DNA of 53,085 nucleotides from an uncultured Pseudomonadales bacterium (GTDB lineage Bacteria > Patescibacteriota > Microgenomatia > UBA1400 > UBA1396): contig CAZEEI010000004.1 of assembly GCA_964511175.1 (NCBI GenBank), positions 93,401-146,485 of the forward strand. Direction: 5' to 3'. Made by a program: the position numbers and the translations under genes. This document shows, piece by piece, positions 1-9,564 of this stretch (position 1 is the stretch's first letter; the number at the start of each line of letters is the position of its first letter). A model generated the notes under the pieces. That model was not told the origin of the DNA. It made no database searches and worked only from the letters and a program-made list of their open reading frames with translations.

Positions 1-730
1 TAGTTTTGCTCTCCAGCGCTCTCAAAGCACATCGGAAATTGCCGCGGCACTCACTAAAGGTACTAATGATGTTTGGGTCACTATTCCGGAGGGACTGCGA
101 GCCACGGAGATCGGCGCTATCTTCGCCAAAGACCTGCCCAACTTTGACTTAAACAGCGAAGCTTACCAAACCGAGTGTCTGGCCTACGAAGGTTATCTTT
201 TTCCGGAAACCTACCTCGTGCCGCGTCAGTATAGTACCGCTCAAGCTTGCCGCCTGTTACGACAAGAGTATGGCCGACAAGTTACCATGGACATGCGTGA
301 AACCATGCACCGCGCCGGACACACGGAAGAGGAGGTGATTACCTTGGCTTCAATCGTCCAACGAGAAGCTAAAAAAACGGCGGATATGAAAATTGTCGCT
401 GGCATTTTGTGGCAGCGATTATCGATCGGCATGGCTCTGCAAGTTGATGCTACCTTGCAGTACGCCCGCGGTTACGCCGAAGCCCAGCAAACTTGGTGGC
501 CAATCCCTAGCGCTGCGGATCGCCAACTGGATTCGCCCTACAATACCTACCAGCAGACTGGTTTGCCGCCAACCCCAATTGCCAGTCCTGGCATTGAGGC
601 CATTCGTGCCGCTATCTCGCCTACCGCCACCGATTACTTGTACTACATTTCTAACACGGATGGCACCCAAATGTACTACGCCACCACCTATGCCGAACAT
701 CAGCAAAATATTGCCCGTTACCTAAATTAA
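1..730 (+). CDS. mltG: Endolytic murein transglycosylase MltG/YceG family, C-terminal part (5' end lies upstream of the window)
   Basis: Frame 2 is open from nt 2. Translation of nt 2-217 (..TNDVWVTIPEGLRATEIG..LAYEGYLFPETY) runs straight into listed ORF 218-730 (..ASIVQREA..ILWQRL..LQVDATLQY..YNTYQQTGLPPTPIASPG). These are the YceG-domain motifs, so the GTG at 218 is an internal codon. Confidence 0.85.
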   Translation, partial: SFALQRSQSTSEIAAALTKGTNDVWVTIPEGLRATEIGAIFAKDLPNFDLNSEAYQTECLAYEGYLFPETYLVPRQYSTAQACRLLRQEYGRQVTMDMRETMHRAGHTEEEVITLASIVQREAKKTADMKIVAGILWQRLSIGMALQVDATLQYARGYAEAQQTWWPIPSAADRQLDSPYNTYQQTGLPPTPIASPGIEAIRAAISPTATDYLYYISNTDGTQMYYATTYAEHQQNIARYLN

Positions 731-1543
731 TTACCGTTTAGCCAAAGCCACTATCCCAAACATACCTAAAGAAAATAGAACAATCGTAGCGCCGGCTGGT
801 AAGTTACCGTAGTAAGCAACGACCAAACCAGCCACTACCGCTACTACTGCCAATAAAACCGCTAACCAAAGGCTTTGACGAAAACTTTTGGCTAACTGCA
901 TGGCAGTGACAACCGGCACTACCATTAGAGCGCCAATTAATAGCACACCCACGATTCGCATCGACAGCGTTACCGTAATGGCGGTCAGCACAATCAGCAC
1001 GGTATTAACCAGCATCACGCGCACGCCGCTAACCCGGGCACTTTCTTCATCAAAAGAGGTATACAGCAAGGGCTGGTACAACACCCGCACTACTGCGGCA
1101 ACGGTTAAGCCTAATCCTAAAATTAACCACAACTCGTCCGACCGAACCGTGGTAATACTACCAAAAAGATAACTAAAAAGATTCGCGTTAAAACCATTCG
1201 CTAAACTAATCAAGACTACGGCTATAGCCAGACCGCCTGGCAAAAACATGGCTAGAACGGCTTCGGCGGGCAGTTGGCGACGCGCCCGCAACCACTCAAT
1301 CATCAGCGCCGCTAGTGTAGTGAACAAAATAGTTACCGGCAGCGGTTGGATATTTAACAGCAGACCAATACCGATACCAGCTAAAGCAACGTGCGAGAGT
1401 GTATCGGCAATTAAGGAATACCGGCGAATCACTAGAAAACTACCAATTAGTGGCGCGATAATTGCCACCATCAAACCGGCCAAGCTGGCGTTAATCATGA
1501 AACTGTACTGCCAAATTTCGCCCATATTAATGGTGGTGAACAA
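731..1543 (-). CDS. znuB: Metal (Zn/Mn) ABC transporter permease, ABC-3 family
   Basis: Polytopic membrane protein with ..LAGLMVAIIAPLIGSFLVIRRYSLIADTLSHVALAGIG.. typical of ZnuB/TroC. Last gene of a three-gene minus-strand operon. An alternative ATG at 1525 (MGEIWQY..) would remove the 17-nt overlap with znuC. Confidence 0.85.
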   Translation of the reverse strand: MFTTINMGEIWQYSFMINASLAGLMVAIIAPLIGSFLVIRRYSLIADTLSHVALAGIGIGLLLNIQPLPVTILFTTLAALMIEWLRARRQLPAEAVLAMFLPGGLAIAVVLISLANGFNANLFSYLFGSITTVRSDELWLILGLGLTVAAVVRVLYQPLLYTSFDEESARVSGVRVMLVNTVLIVLTAITVTLSMRIVGVLLIGALMVVPVVTAMQLAKSFRQSLWLAVLLAVVAVVAGLVVAYYGNLPAGATIVLFSLGMFGIVALAKR

Positions 1544-2237
1544 AGCGCACGTTTTTCCCGTACAGCTTTTCCCGCACCCCCTCCGCTATATTTTGTGGTT
1601 GACCGTGGTAATAAACTTGGCAATTCAAACAGACAACGTGTTTAACTTCTTGCGCCACAACTTCAATATCGTGCGAAACCAAAATCAGCGTCAACTGGTG
1701 TTCCCGATTTAAACGGCGCAAAAGTTCATAAAATTGAGTTTGAGTTTCCTCATCCACGCCGACCGTCGGCTCATCCAGAATTAACAATTCCGGTTTAGTC
1801 GCCAACGCCCGGGCGATGAAAACGCGTTGTTGTTGGCCGCCGGAAAGTTCAGACAACAAACGGTGGCGCTGGTCTGCCAAGCCAACTGCCTGCAAAGCTG
1901 CCTCCACCGACCGCTTACCGCCCACCATGGTCACCACCTCTTCCACCGCGAGGGGAAACTTAAAAGCCGATTGGCTGGTGCGTTGGGGGACATAACCCAA
2001 AAGTGAGCGCTGGGCAAACTTTTGGATCGGGCAACCAAACAAGGTTACCTGGCCGGTAGTAGGAGCTAATAACCCCAACATTATCTTCAGGAGAGTAGTT
2101 TTGCCGCTGCCGTTGGGACCGATTAGTCCCAAAAAATCGCCGCGCGGCACGTCAAAGGAAATATGATCTAAAACCGGATCCTTAGCGTAGCGGAAACTAA
2201 CATCGGTAAGTTGGACAACCGGATTTTGTTTCATCAC
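1527..2237 (-). CDS. znuC: Metal ABC transporter ATP-binding protein
   Basis: Walker A GPNGSGKTT, ABC signature LSGGQQQR, Walker B LLILDEP. Overlaps the upstream znuA by 4 nt. Confidence 0.9.
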   Translation of the reverse strand: MMKQNPVVQLTDVSFRYAKDPVLDHISFDVPRGDFLGLIGPNGSGKTTLLKIMLGLLAPTTGQVTLFGCPIQKFAQRSLLGYVPQRTSQSAFKFPLAVEEVVTMVGGKRSVEAALQAVGLADQRHRLLSELSGGQQQRVFIARALATKPELLILDEPTVGVDEETQTQFYELLRRLNREHQLTLILVSHDIEVVAQEVKHVVCLNCQVYYHGQPQNIAEGVREKLYGKNVRFVHHH

Positions 2238-3133
2238 TCTTTACAGTCTAGCGCAATTTTAAGATTGGCTAAGTTTTGCTTTTGAATCGAAAAATAATCT
2301 TGGCCGGATTGTTGTTCGGCGGGCGTTAAGCCCTCTAATGGATTAAAAACCAATGTCTGCGCCCCAACCTCCCGCGCCAAAGTTTCGGCCAGGCGCGGAC
2401 TCACTAGTGTTTCCAAAAAAATGTAGTCGATCTTATTTTGACGCACAAAATCCGCGACGATTGCCAAATCACGAGGTGTAGGTTCCTCGTCCGGCGACAA
2501 CCCGGTGAGAGTAATTTGCTTTAAACCGTAGCGATCTGCTAGATAACCAAACGCAGCGTGCGAGGTAACAATATTTTTTTGCCGACAACTAGCTAGGCCG
2601 GTACGGAAAGCTTGATCTAAAGCACTGAGCCGCGCTGAAAGCGCTGTACTGTTTTGTTCATATTTCACCTGATGATCCGGATCAATGTTCACTAAAGCTT
2701 GGGTGATTTTCGCTACTTCCGCCTGAGCTAAAATCGGGTCTAACCAAACGTGGGGATCGGTGCTGGTATTTAATCCGGCAGCCGCTTCCAAAACAACCAC
2801 CGGCGAATTTCGTAGATTAGTAATTACCGACGTCGCCCATGGTTCTAAACCGATACCATTAAGTAAAAGTAAGTGGCTCCGCTCTATGGCCGCCAAATCA
2901 CGCGGGGTTGGCTCAAAATCGTGCGGTTCGGCTCCGGCTGGCGTCAGGTTGGTAACGATAATATGGTCACCACCAATTTCCTGGACAAAATAGGAGAGGG
3001 GATAAAAGGAGGCCACTACAGTAATTCGATCGCCAGCGCCTGGTCTAACCGGGGTAACTGGTTTTAACCGCCACCAAATTAAAACTGCACCAATCACTAA
3101 TACTGCTGAACAATACCAAAACGCACGTTTCAT
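2234..3133 (-). CDS. znuA: Metal ABC transporter substrate-binding protein (ZnuA/TroA family)
   Basis: ..VVASFYPLSYFVQEIGGD..EPHDFEPTPRD..DPHVWLDP.. motifs of cluster-9 solute-binding proteins. Start placed at MKRAFWYCSAVLVIGAVLIWW (signal anchor). The ORF is open up to 3187. Confidence 0.8.
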   Translation of the reverse strand: MKRAFWYCSAVLVIGAVLIWWRLKPVTPVRPGAGDRITVVASFYPLSYFVQEIGGDHIIVTNLTPAGAEPHDFEPTPRDLAAIERSHLLLLNGIGLEPWATSVITNLRNSPVVVLEAAAGLNTSTDPHVWLDPILAQAEVAKITQALVNIDPDHQVKYEQNSTALSARLSALDQAFRTGLASCRQKNIVTSHAAFGYLADRYGLKQITLTGLSPDEEPTPRDLAIVADFVRQNKIDYIFLETLVSPRLAETLAREVGAQTLVFNPLEGLTPAEQQSGQDYFSIQKQNLANLKIALDCKE

Positions 3134-3237
3134 TTTTTTATTGCAATTAAGTTGCTTTATTTTCGCAAAGCCCCGGATAATTGTCAATTACTTTTTACTA
3201 TGTACTAGTACACTAATACCTGACACAGTGGATTTAA

Positions 3238-3831
3238 ATGAAAGCCGTATTAAAAACTCTCCGCCAAGATCCGGTGATGCGCCAATTAATTCGGCGTTAT
3301 GGCATCATTGCCGCACCCAGTATTTCGGTTAATTTGTTGGCCGACATTTTGGAAACAGTTATTTCCCAACAACTTTCGCTTAAGGCAGCTAACACCATTT
3401 GGCACCGCTTACTAAACCTACTGCCGAATCGTTGGCAAACTACCGACGTTTTATCCCTAGGCGATCAACAACTGCGCGACGCCGGCATCTCTGGCAATAA
3501 AACTAAAACCATCAAAGGTATCTGTCAGGCAGTCCAAAGCGGCAACCTCTCCCTAGCCGAGCTAGCCACCCTAGACGATGCCACTTTAACCGAGCGCCTA
3601 TTGCAGTTGCACGGCATCGGCCCCTGGACGGTAGAAATGTTACTGATTTTTGCTTTGGGTCGCGAGGATATTTTTTCAGTAGGAGATCTGGGTCTGCGCA
3701 CTGCAATCCAGCGCCTATACGGAATCGACCGTAATGAGCTCCAACCAATCCAGCAATTGTCACTACGCTGGCAACCATATCGTTCGTATGCTTGCCGCTA
3801 TTTATGGAAAAGTCTCGATAATGCCAGCTGA
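3238..3831 (+). CDS. HhH-GPD superfamily DNA glycosylase (AlkA / 3-methyladenine glycosylase II-like)
   Basis: ..ISQQLSLKAANTIWHRL.., LLQLHGIGPWTVEMLLIFALGREDIFSVGDLGL (helix-hairpin-helix plus catalytic Asp), C-terminal WQPYRSYACRYLW. Confidence 0.75.
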   Translation: MKAVLKTLRQDPVMRQLIRRYGIIAAPSISVNLLADILETVISQQLSLKAANTIWHRLLNLLPNRWQTTDVLSLGDQQLRDAGISGNKTKTIKGICQAVQSGNLSLAELATLDDATLTERLLQLHGIGPWTVEMLLIFALGREDIFSVGDLGLRTAIQRLYGIDRNELQPIQQLSLRWQPYRSYACRYLWKSLDNAS

Positions 3832-3852
3832 ATACGGTAAGATACAAACCAT

Positions 3853-4179
3853 ATGAATAAAAAATACTTTTCCCCCTTGGCTCAACTTGGTTTTCTGCAG
3901 GCTGGCAGTGTAACCGTCTACTGTAGTTTGGTTGGGTTATTGTTTTGGCAAGGGGAGGCAATTTTTGGCAACATGCCTAGATATATCGGGCCGGTTATTT
4001 TCCTACTTTTATTTATTGTGTCGGCGCTGACTTGTGCTCTGCTAGTTTTTTACCGACCTTACCAGTTCTTCTTTGCTGGCAAGAAAAAGGAGGCTCTCGA
4101 TTTAGTTCTATACAGTACTGGCTGGTTGTTTGGTTTTTTTGTTCTGCTCCTGCTAACTGCAATTTTCTGGCGTGTTTAA
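3853..4179 (+). CDS. Small integral membrane protein, function unknown
   Basis: 108-aa ORF with about three hydrophobic segments. Co-directional and closely spaced with neighbours. No recognisable family. Confidence 0.45.
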   Translation: MNKKYFSPLAQLGFLQAGSVTVYCSLVGLLFWQGEAIFGNMPRYIGPVIFLLLFIVSALTCALLVFYRPYQFFFAGKKKEALDLVLYSTGWLFGFFVLLLLTAIFWRV

Positions 4180-4204
4180 TTATTAAATAAGGGGACAAAT
4201 TAAG

Positions 4205-5095
4205 ATGTCTCGTCGAGAAATATCAGCCACTGTAATTCCGGAAACAGATGCGCGTTTCCCGACTTTAGCACGCGTCTTTACCGATCGAATATTTGACCAC
4301 TTAAGCAAAACACCTGATAACAGCCAACGGATCTTAGTTTTAGATGTGGGCGCTTACCGCGGTACGCTTACCGAAATGATTCAGACTGCGGTCAACCAGC
4401 GCCTCAAAGAAAAAGGCCGTCGGCAGACCATTGAAATTATCCGTCTAGATCCCATTTATAACCGTAGTGAAGATGTGCGAACAAAATTATTAGTCGGCAA
4501 AGAACAGGGCCGCAACTACGTGGCCGCTAAGGGTGAAAGCTTACCTCTGGCCGACGGTAGTGTGCCCATCATTATGGCGGCTGATGTGATCCATCATTCA
4601 GAGCGTCCTTTTGGCGTTATTGAGGAGATGTACCGTGTTCTGCAACCAAACGGCTTAATGATTATTAAAGATCATGACCCAAATAACGCCTTACGGTTTA
4701 TGGAATCGGCTGTAGCGGATGTTATGGGGAACACCGCCAATTTTAAAGAGCAAATTCGGCAGTTTGGTCGAATAATAAGGGAAGTATTGAAGAAAAATGG
4801 GGTTAGTTCTCTGCAAGCCAAACCAAATAAGCCTGGCGATCAAACCCCGTCTCAATCACCTCTCACTTTAGTCGGCGGAAACGTTGGTGATGTGGGTATG
4901 ACTTTTAATTACTTATCAGCCAAACAGTGGCAAGAAATTGCGGCTGAGTTGGGCAAACAAGGGGCACAAGCTTATCCTCAACCGCGTTTTATTTATGATT
5001 ACATACCTCGCTTTTTACGAAAATTAGGTTTGGGTCGGATCGAACAGAACAATATTTTGTGGATTATGGAAAAACCGGGTAGAATACCGGCATGA
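4205..5095 (+). CDS. Class I SAM-dependent methyltransferase-like protein
   Basis: Motif I-like ILVLDVGAYRG, later GESLPLADGSVPIIMAADVIHH and LQPNGLMIIKD (post-I/II/III methyltransferase fold motifs). ATGA overlap with ychF. Confidence 0.6.
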   Translation: MSRREISATVIPETDARFPTLARVFTDRIFDHLSKTPDNSQRILVLDVGAYRGTLTEMIQTAVNQRLKEKGRRQTIEIIRLDPIYNRSEDVRTKLLVGKEQGRNYVAAKGESLPLADGSVPIIMAADVIHHSERPFGVIEEMYRVLQPNGLMIIKDHDPNNALRFMESAVADVMGNTANFKEQIRQFGRIIREVLKKNGVSSLQAKPNKPGDQTPSQSPLTLVGGNVGDVGMTFNYLSAKQWQEIAAELGKQGAQAYPQPRFIYDYIPRFLRKLGLGRIEQNNILWIMEKPGRIPA

Positions 5096-6174
5096 GTTTA
5101 TCCGTCGCCATCGTCGGTTTGCCTAACGTCGGTAAATCCACCCTGTTTAACGCCCTGCTCCAAAAACAGCAGGCTCTGGCGGCCAACTATCCGTTTGCCA
5201 CTATTGAGCCCAATGTGGGCGTGGTACCGGTACCAGACGACCGATTGCCCGTTCTAGCCAAGGTTGTACATACCAGTAAACAAGCGCCTGCTACCGTTGA
5301 GTTCATTGACATCGCCGGCTTGGTTGCCGGTGCGGCGCAGGGTGAGGGACTGGGTAATAAATTTTTGGCTCATATCCGCGAAACCAACCTAATCGCCCAC
5401 GTAGTACGTATTTTTGATGATCCCAATGTGGTTAAAGAAGGCAGTGTTGATCCGGTTACTGACTTCCAAGCCATTGAAACTGAACTAATGCTGGCTGATT
5501 TAGCCACACTGGACAAACAGATTGCTCCCAAACAAGGACAGGCTAAAGAACTGCATGACCGCTGGGCAGTGATTAGACGTTGGCGGGCGCAGCTTAATGC
5601 TGGCCAACCAATTATCAATAATATTACTGACGAACGGGAAATAACTCTTGCCCGCGAATTATCACTGCTGAGTGCTAAACCACGGGTAATCGTTGGTAAT
5701 TTAAGTGAGGGTCAGCTGGCTCAAGCCGAAGTCCTGCGCCAAGAGTATGCGGCCGTTTTGCAAGTACCACTCGCCGACATTGTACTAATTTCGGCTAAAC
5801 TTGAATCGGAACTAGCTGATTTAGATGACACGGAAAAGAAAGAATATCTTGATACTTTGGGCATTAAGTACTCTGGTTTAGAACTACTCATTCAGAAGGC
5901 CTACCAAAAATTAGGTCTCCAAAGTTTTTATACCGCCGGCGAGAAAGAGGCGCGGGCTTGGACTATTAGACAAGGCGCTACTGCCCCTATCGCAGCCGGT
6001 GTAATTCATACCGATTTTCAGAAAAACTTCATTAAGGCCATGGTTATTTCGTTTGCTGATTTTGTGCGGCTGGGCGGCTGGAAAGCGGCGCGGGAACAAG
6101 GTTTAGTACGTCAGGAAGGTAAGGGATACCAAATGCGGCCTGACGATGTCGTAGAATTCATGATCGGCAAATAG
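5092..6174 (+). CDS. ychF: Redox-regulated ATPase YchF (Obg-like GTPase family)
   Basis: N-terminal VAIVGLPNVGKSTLFNAL P-loop, FATIEPNVGVV, FIDIAGLV, C-terminal TGS-like ..FYTAGEKEARAWTI..GVIHTDF..FIKA. Confidence 0.95.
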   Translation: MSLSVAIVGLPNVGKSTLFNALLQKQQALAANYPFATIEPNVGVVPVPDDRLPVLAKVVHTSKQAPATVEFIDIAGLVAGAAQGEGLGNKFLAHIRETNLIAHVVRIFDDPNVVKEGSVDPVTDFQAIETELMLADLATLDKQIAPKQGQAKELHDRWAVIRRWRAQLNAGQPIINNITDEREITLARELSLLSAKPRVIVGNLSEGQLAQAEVLRQEYAAVLQVPLADIVLISAKLESELADLDDTEKKEYLDTLGIKYSGLELLIQKAYQKLGLQSFYTAGEKEARAWTIRQGATAPIAAGVIHTDFQKNFIKAMVISFADFVRLGGWKAAREQGLVRQEGKGYQMRPDDVVEFMIGK

Positions 6175-6219
6175 GGCTATCAGGAATTAACTACTTTAAT
6201 TTAGTCACCAAAGCATTGC

Positions 6220-6248
6220 TTGACACCCCCTCTTTAACCATTGATAAT
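6220..6248 (+). promoter_or_regulatory. Sigma-70-type promoter upstream of the histidine kinase gene
   Basis: TTGACA (6220-6225), exact 17-nt spacer, GATAAT (6243-6248), 32 nt before ATG 6281. Confidence 0.5.
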
Positions 6249-6280
6249 CAAAGGTAAACGGGGGTAATTCTAGTCGATAG

Positions 6281-7897
6281 ATGGGTATTTATTTTGTGGA
6301 CAATTACAATTCGGAGGCTTTTTATCAATCGATCTTTGATAATGCTCCTAGCGGGCTGGCTTATTGCCAAATGATTTTTGACCAACAAGGGAAACCCAGT
6401 GATTGTATTTACTTAAAAGCCAACCGCATTTTTGCCCAGCTTATGGGGCTGACGGCAGTAAATGGGGAAAAAGCGAGCGAAGCAAACCCGGCAATTAATG
6501 TCTCTAATCCAGAATTACTAATGCTTTACGGTCGTGTCGCCACAACCGGGAAAACAGAGAGTGTTGAAGCTTTTGTTAAACCACTAAACAAGTGGTTTTT
6601 TATTTATGCTTACAGTCAGAAAAAGAATTTTTTTGTAACCTTGTGGCTTGACATTAATGACCAAAAACAAATGGATAAAAGTGTCGCCGAAGCACAAACT
6701 GCCTGCCAAAATATGTTAAGGGATTTAAGTATTGAAAAGGCTAAGGTGGAGATAGCCGAGGCCAAAGAAAAAGCTGCATTAGCAGCAATTGGTGACGGAT
6801 TATTGTCTACCGATCAAGAAGGTAAGTTTGTCTTTATTAACAACGCGGCGGAAAAACTACTAGGTCTAAAAAATGAAGAAGTTATTGGAAAAAATTTCTG
6901 CGATGTTGTCTCACTTGAAAACGAGCCGGGCATACCAATTCCCTTAGCCCAACGACCCCTGAACTTGGTTCTATCCACCCAAGACGCTATTGTCGCCGCC
7001 ACCGATTCCGACTACTATTACGTACGAAAAGATAAAAGCAGATTTCCGGTGGCCATTAATGTGGCGCCCATCATCCTCAATGGCAAGGTGACCGGCACCA
7101 TTGAAATTTTTCGGGATGTTACTTTAGAAAAGGAAGTTAGTCAGGCCAAAACAGAGTTTGTTTCACTTGCTTCCCATCAGCTGCGAACACCTCTTTCCAC
7201 GATCGGCTGGTATTTGGAAATGTTACTGGGGGGTGATGTTGGTGAATTAAACGAGAAACAAAAGCAATATCTCGATGAGGCACACCATAGTGCTCAGCAC
7301 ATGATGGAGTTAGTTAACGCCTTGCTAAATGTTTCCCGTCTTGAACTAGGTATCTTTTCGATCGAAACTGAACCCAGTGATGTCGCCACACTGGTAGAAA
7401 AAGAAATTGACGAGCAAAGAGTGCAGATTGATGAGAAAAAAATAAAGATTATTCCCACAATTGCCAGGAATGTTCCCCTAATACCGATTGATGTCAAACT
7501 GTTGAGTATGGTTATCCAAAATATTTTGTCCAATGCCGTAAAATACACCCTAGAAGAGGGGGAAATTAAAGTTTCCTTACAATTGGCCAAATGTGGCGAA
7601 GCGGTTGGTCGTCAGACAATTAGTGAGGATAGTATTGTCATTACCATATCCGACACTGGTCGGGGAATACCAGCCGATCAACAAGACAAAATCTTTACTA
7701 AGTTTTTCCGGGCTGATAATGTGTCGCAAAAGGGTGATTCCGGAACCGGCCTTGGTCTTTACATTGCCAAATCGATTATCGACCATGCTGGCGGCACGAT
7801 TCGCTTTGAATCTAAAGAGGGAGAAGGCACCACCTTCTATGTTACGCTACCATTGACCGGTATGAGAAAAAAGCAAGGAACTAAGAAACTAAAGTAA
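6281..7897 (+). CDS. Cytoplasmic PAS-domain sensor histidine kinase
   Basis: PAS-like N-terminal regions, HisKA box FVSLASHQLRTPLSTI, HATPase N/G boxes (NILSNAVKYT, DTGRGIP, GTGLGLYIAKSII). No obvious transmembrane segment. Confidence 0.9.
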   Translation: MGIYFVDNYNSEAFYQSIFDNAPSGLAYCQMIFDQQGKPSDCIYLKANRIFAQLMGLTAVNGEKASEANPAINVSNPELLMLYGRVATTGKTESVEAFVKPLNKWFFIYAYSQKKNFFVTLWLDINDQKQMDKSVAEAQTACQNMLRDLSIEKAKVEIAEAKEKAALAAIGDGLLSTDQEGKFVFINNAAEKLLGLKNEEVIGKNFCDVVSLENEPGIPIPLAQRPLNLVLSTQDAIVAATDSDYYYVRKDKSRFPVAINVAPIILNGKVTGTIEIFRDVTLEKEVSQAKTEFVSLASHQLRTPLSTIGWYLEMLLGGDVGELNEKQKQYLDEAHHSAQHMMELVNALLNVSRLELGIFSIETEPSDVATLVEKEIDEQRVQIDEKKIKIIPTIARNVPLIPIDVKLLSMVIQNILSNAVKYTLEEGEIKVSLQLAKCGEAVGRQTISEDSIVITISDTGRGIPADQQDKIFTKFFRADNVSQKGDSGTGLGLYIAKSIIDHAGGTIRFESKEGEGTTFYVTLPLTGMRKKQGTKKLK

Positions 7898-7910
7898 TTA
7901 TTGGTAATGT

Positions 7911-8315
7911 ATGGAAAATGGTAAGAAAATTCTGGTGGTTGAGGACGATGTGCCTACGCGTACCGCTCTTTGCGATAAATTAACGCACGAAGGTTTTGTT
8001 GTTTTGGAAGCGAGAAACGGCGAAGAAGGATTATCAACGGCTCTTAGTCAACATCCTGATTTAATCTTGCTTGATCTCATCATGCCAGTCATGGATGGGA
8101 TGACGATGTTTAAGCAGCTGCGGGAATCAGACGAGTGGGGAGAAAAAGCATTGGTAATTATTTTGACCAATCTAAGTGGTGAAGAAGATAAAATTATTAA
8201 TAGTGTCGCTACGCTGGCCCCCTCTTATTACCTGGTTAAAGCCGATTGGCGATTGGATAGTCTGATGACTAGGATTAAAGAGGTCTTGGGTATCAATGCG
8301 ATAGCGGAAAGTTGA
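7911..8315 (+). CDS. Single-domain response regulator (receiver only)
   Basis: KILVVEDD.., LILLDLIMPVMDG (phospho-acceptor Asp), ILTNL, ..YLVKA. Only 134 aa, with no output domain. Confidence 0.85.
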   Translation: MENGKKILVVEDDVPTRTALCDKLTHEGFVVLEARNGEEGLSTALSQHPDLILLDLIMPVMDGMTMFKQLRESDEWGEKALVIILTNLSGEEDKIINSVATLAPSYYLVKADWRLDSLMTRIKEVLGINAIAES

Positions 8316-8390
8316 TTGTTTATCCGTTAAATTTGTTATTTTGGTCACCATTAGGTAATCTTTTTGTGGATACTAAAGTTATGACCAACA

Positions 8391-8463
8391 TGGTATACTA
8401 CCGCTCAGTCTCATTCGAGAAATCGATCCAGAGCGTGGTGAGACAACCAAAAGAAAGGAGCAT
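8391..8463 (+). promoter_or_regulatory. Extended -10 promoter and structured 5' leader of the rpsF operon
   Basis: TGgTATACT at 8391-8399. The leader contains GTCTCA (8408-8413) pairing with TGAGAC (8439-8444), enclosing TCGA-GAAA-TCGA (8415-8426). SD AAAGGAG at 8454-8460. Confidence 0.35.
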
Positions 8464-8799
8464 ATGACGCGTGCTTACCAAATAGCGGTGGTGATCAACC
8501 CCAAGTTGTCTGATGCAGAAATTGAGCGGGTCGGTCGTGCGTTTCAAGAATTAATTAAAAAATATGACGGCAAAATCACTGCCGAGGATATTTGGGGTCG
8601 TCAACCTACGGCTTACCAGTTAAAGGGTCATACTGAAGCCTTTTACGCTTTTTATACCGTAGAACTGAACCCAACTAAAGTTTTCCCGCTTGACCAGGAA
8701 ATTAAACTTACGGAACATGTTTTACGCCATCTGATTACGATAGCCGACGAAGAAGAAATTATTACTCCGGAAACTACTAAAGAAGAGGCATCTGCCTAG
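8464..8799 (+). CDS. rpsF: 30S ribosomal protein S6
   Basis: MTRAYQIAVVINP.. and ..WGRQPTAYQLKGHTEAFYAFY.. are typical S6. Conserved rpsF-ssb-rpsR order. Confidence 0.9.
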   Translation: MTRAYQIAVVINPKLSDAEIERVGRAFQELIKKYDGKITAEDIWGRQPTAYQLKGHTEAFYAFYTVELNPTKVFPLDQEIKLTEHVLRHLITIADEEEIITPETTKEEASA

Positions 8800-8819
8800 C
8801 AGGTGAGGAAGGGAAAACT

Positions 8820-9332
8820 ATGGCGAGTCGTTCGCTCAACAAAGTCTTACTGATTGGTAACGTTACCCGTGATCCGGAGTTACGTTACACCCCGCAAAAT
8901 ACCGCTGTTTGTAAATTTAGCGTGGCTACCAACCGCACTTGGACCAGTGGCGATGGTAATCAGCAAGAAAGCGTTGAGTTCACGAATGTCGTCACCTGGG
9001 GTAAATTAGCGGAGATCGCTAACCAGATTTTAAGCAAAGGACGGAAAGTTTACGTTGAAGGACGCTTGCAAACTCGTACTTGGGAAACCAAGGATGGTGA
9101 AAGTCGCAAAACCACCGAGGTTATCGCCGAACAGATGATTGCCTTGGATAGCCGCCCTGGTGCTGGCGGTGGCGGTAACAACGATGGAGATCAGGATTTT
9201 TCTTATCCGGAAGAAGAAAAGTCACCGGCCAAAGCTAAAAGTAAAACTAATAAAAAAGAAGCAGAGGAAGAATTAGCGGTTGATGACAGCGTGGGTAGCG
9301 TTGAAGATATCGCTGACGATATTCCGTTCTGA
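8820..9332 (+). CDS. ssb: Single-stranded DNA-binding protein
   Basis: LNKVLLIGNVTRDPELRYTP.. OB fold, Gly-rich linker, acidic C-terminal tip DDIPF. Confidence 0.95.
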   Translation: MASRSLNKVLLIGNVTRDPELRYTPQNTAVCKFSVATNRTWTSGDGNQQESVEFTNVVTWGKLAEIANQILSKGRKVYVEGRLQTRTWETKDGESRKTTEVIAEQMIALDSRPGAGGGGNNDGDQDFSYPEEEKSPAKAKSKTNKKEAEEELAVDDSVGSVEDIADDIPF

Positions 9333-9351
9333 AAACTAGGTAAAGGAAAAA

Positions 9352-9540
9352 ATGAGAAACGTTAAAATTGGTGAAATTAATTATAAAAATACGCGGTTGC
9401 TGAGCCGTTGGTTGACGCCATCCGGCAGTATTGTGGCACGTTCCCGCACCGGTCTAAGCGTCAAGTTACAGCGACGTTTGGCTCGCGAGATTAAGCGTGC
9501 GCGTCATTTAGCTTTATTGCCGTTTACCAGCACGCTCTAA
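9352..9540 (+). CDS. rpsR: 30S ribosomal protein S18
   Basis: ..[48 protein letters not shown]. Confidence 0.9.
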   Translation: MRNVKIGEINYKNTRLLSRWLTPSGSIVARSRTGLSVKLQRRLAREIKRARHLALLPFTSTL

Positions 9541-9564
9541 ATCTGCTATAGTCGGCTCTTAACT

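Noticed and set aside
5092-5095. Possible alternative genetic code (UGA recoding), as in some CPR lineages.
   Set aside because: TGA functions as a stop here (the ATGA overlap of the methyltransferase gene and ychF), and recognised proteins have normal lengths under the standard code.
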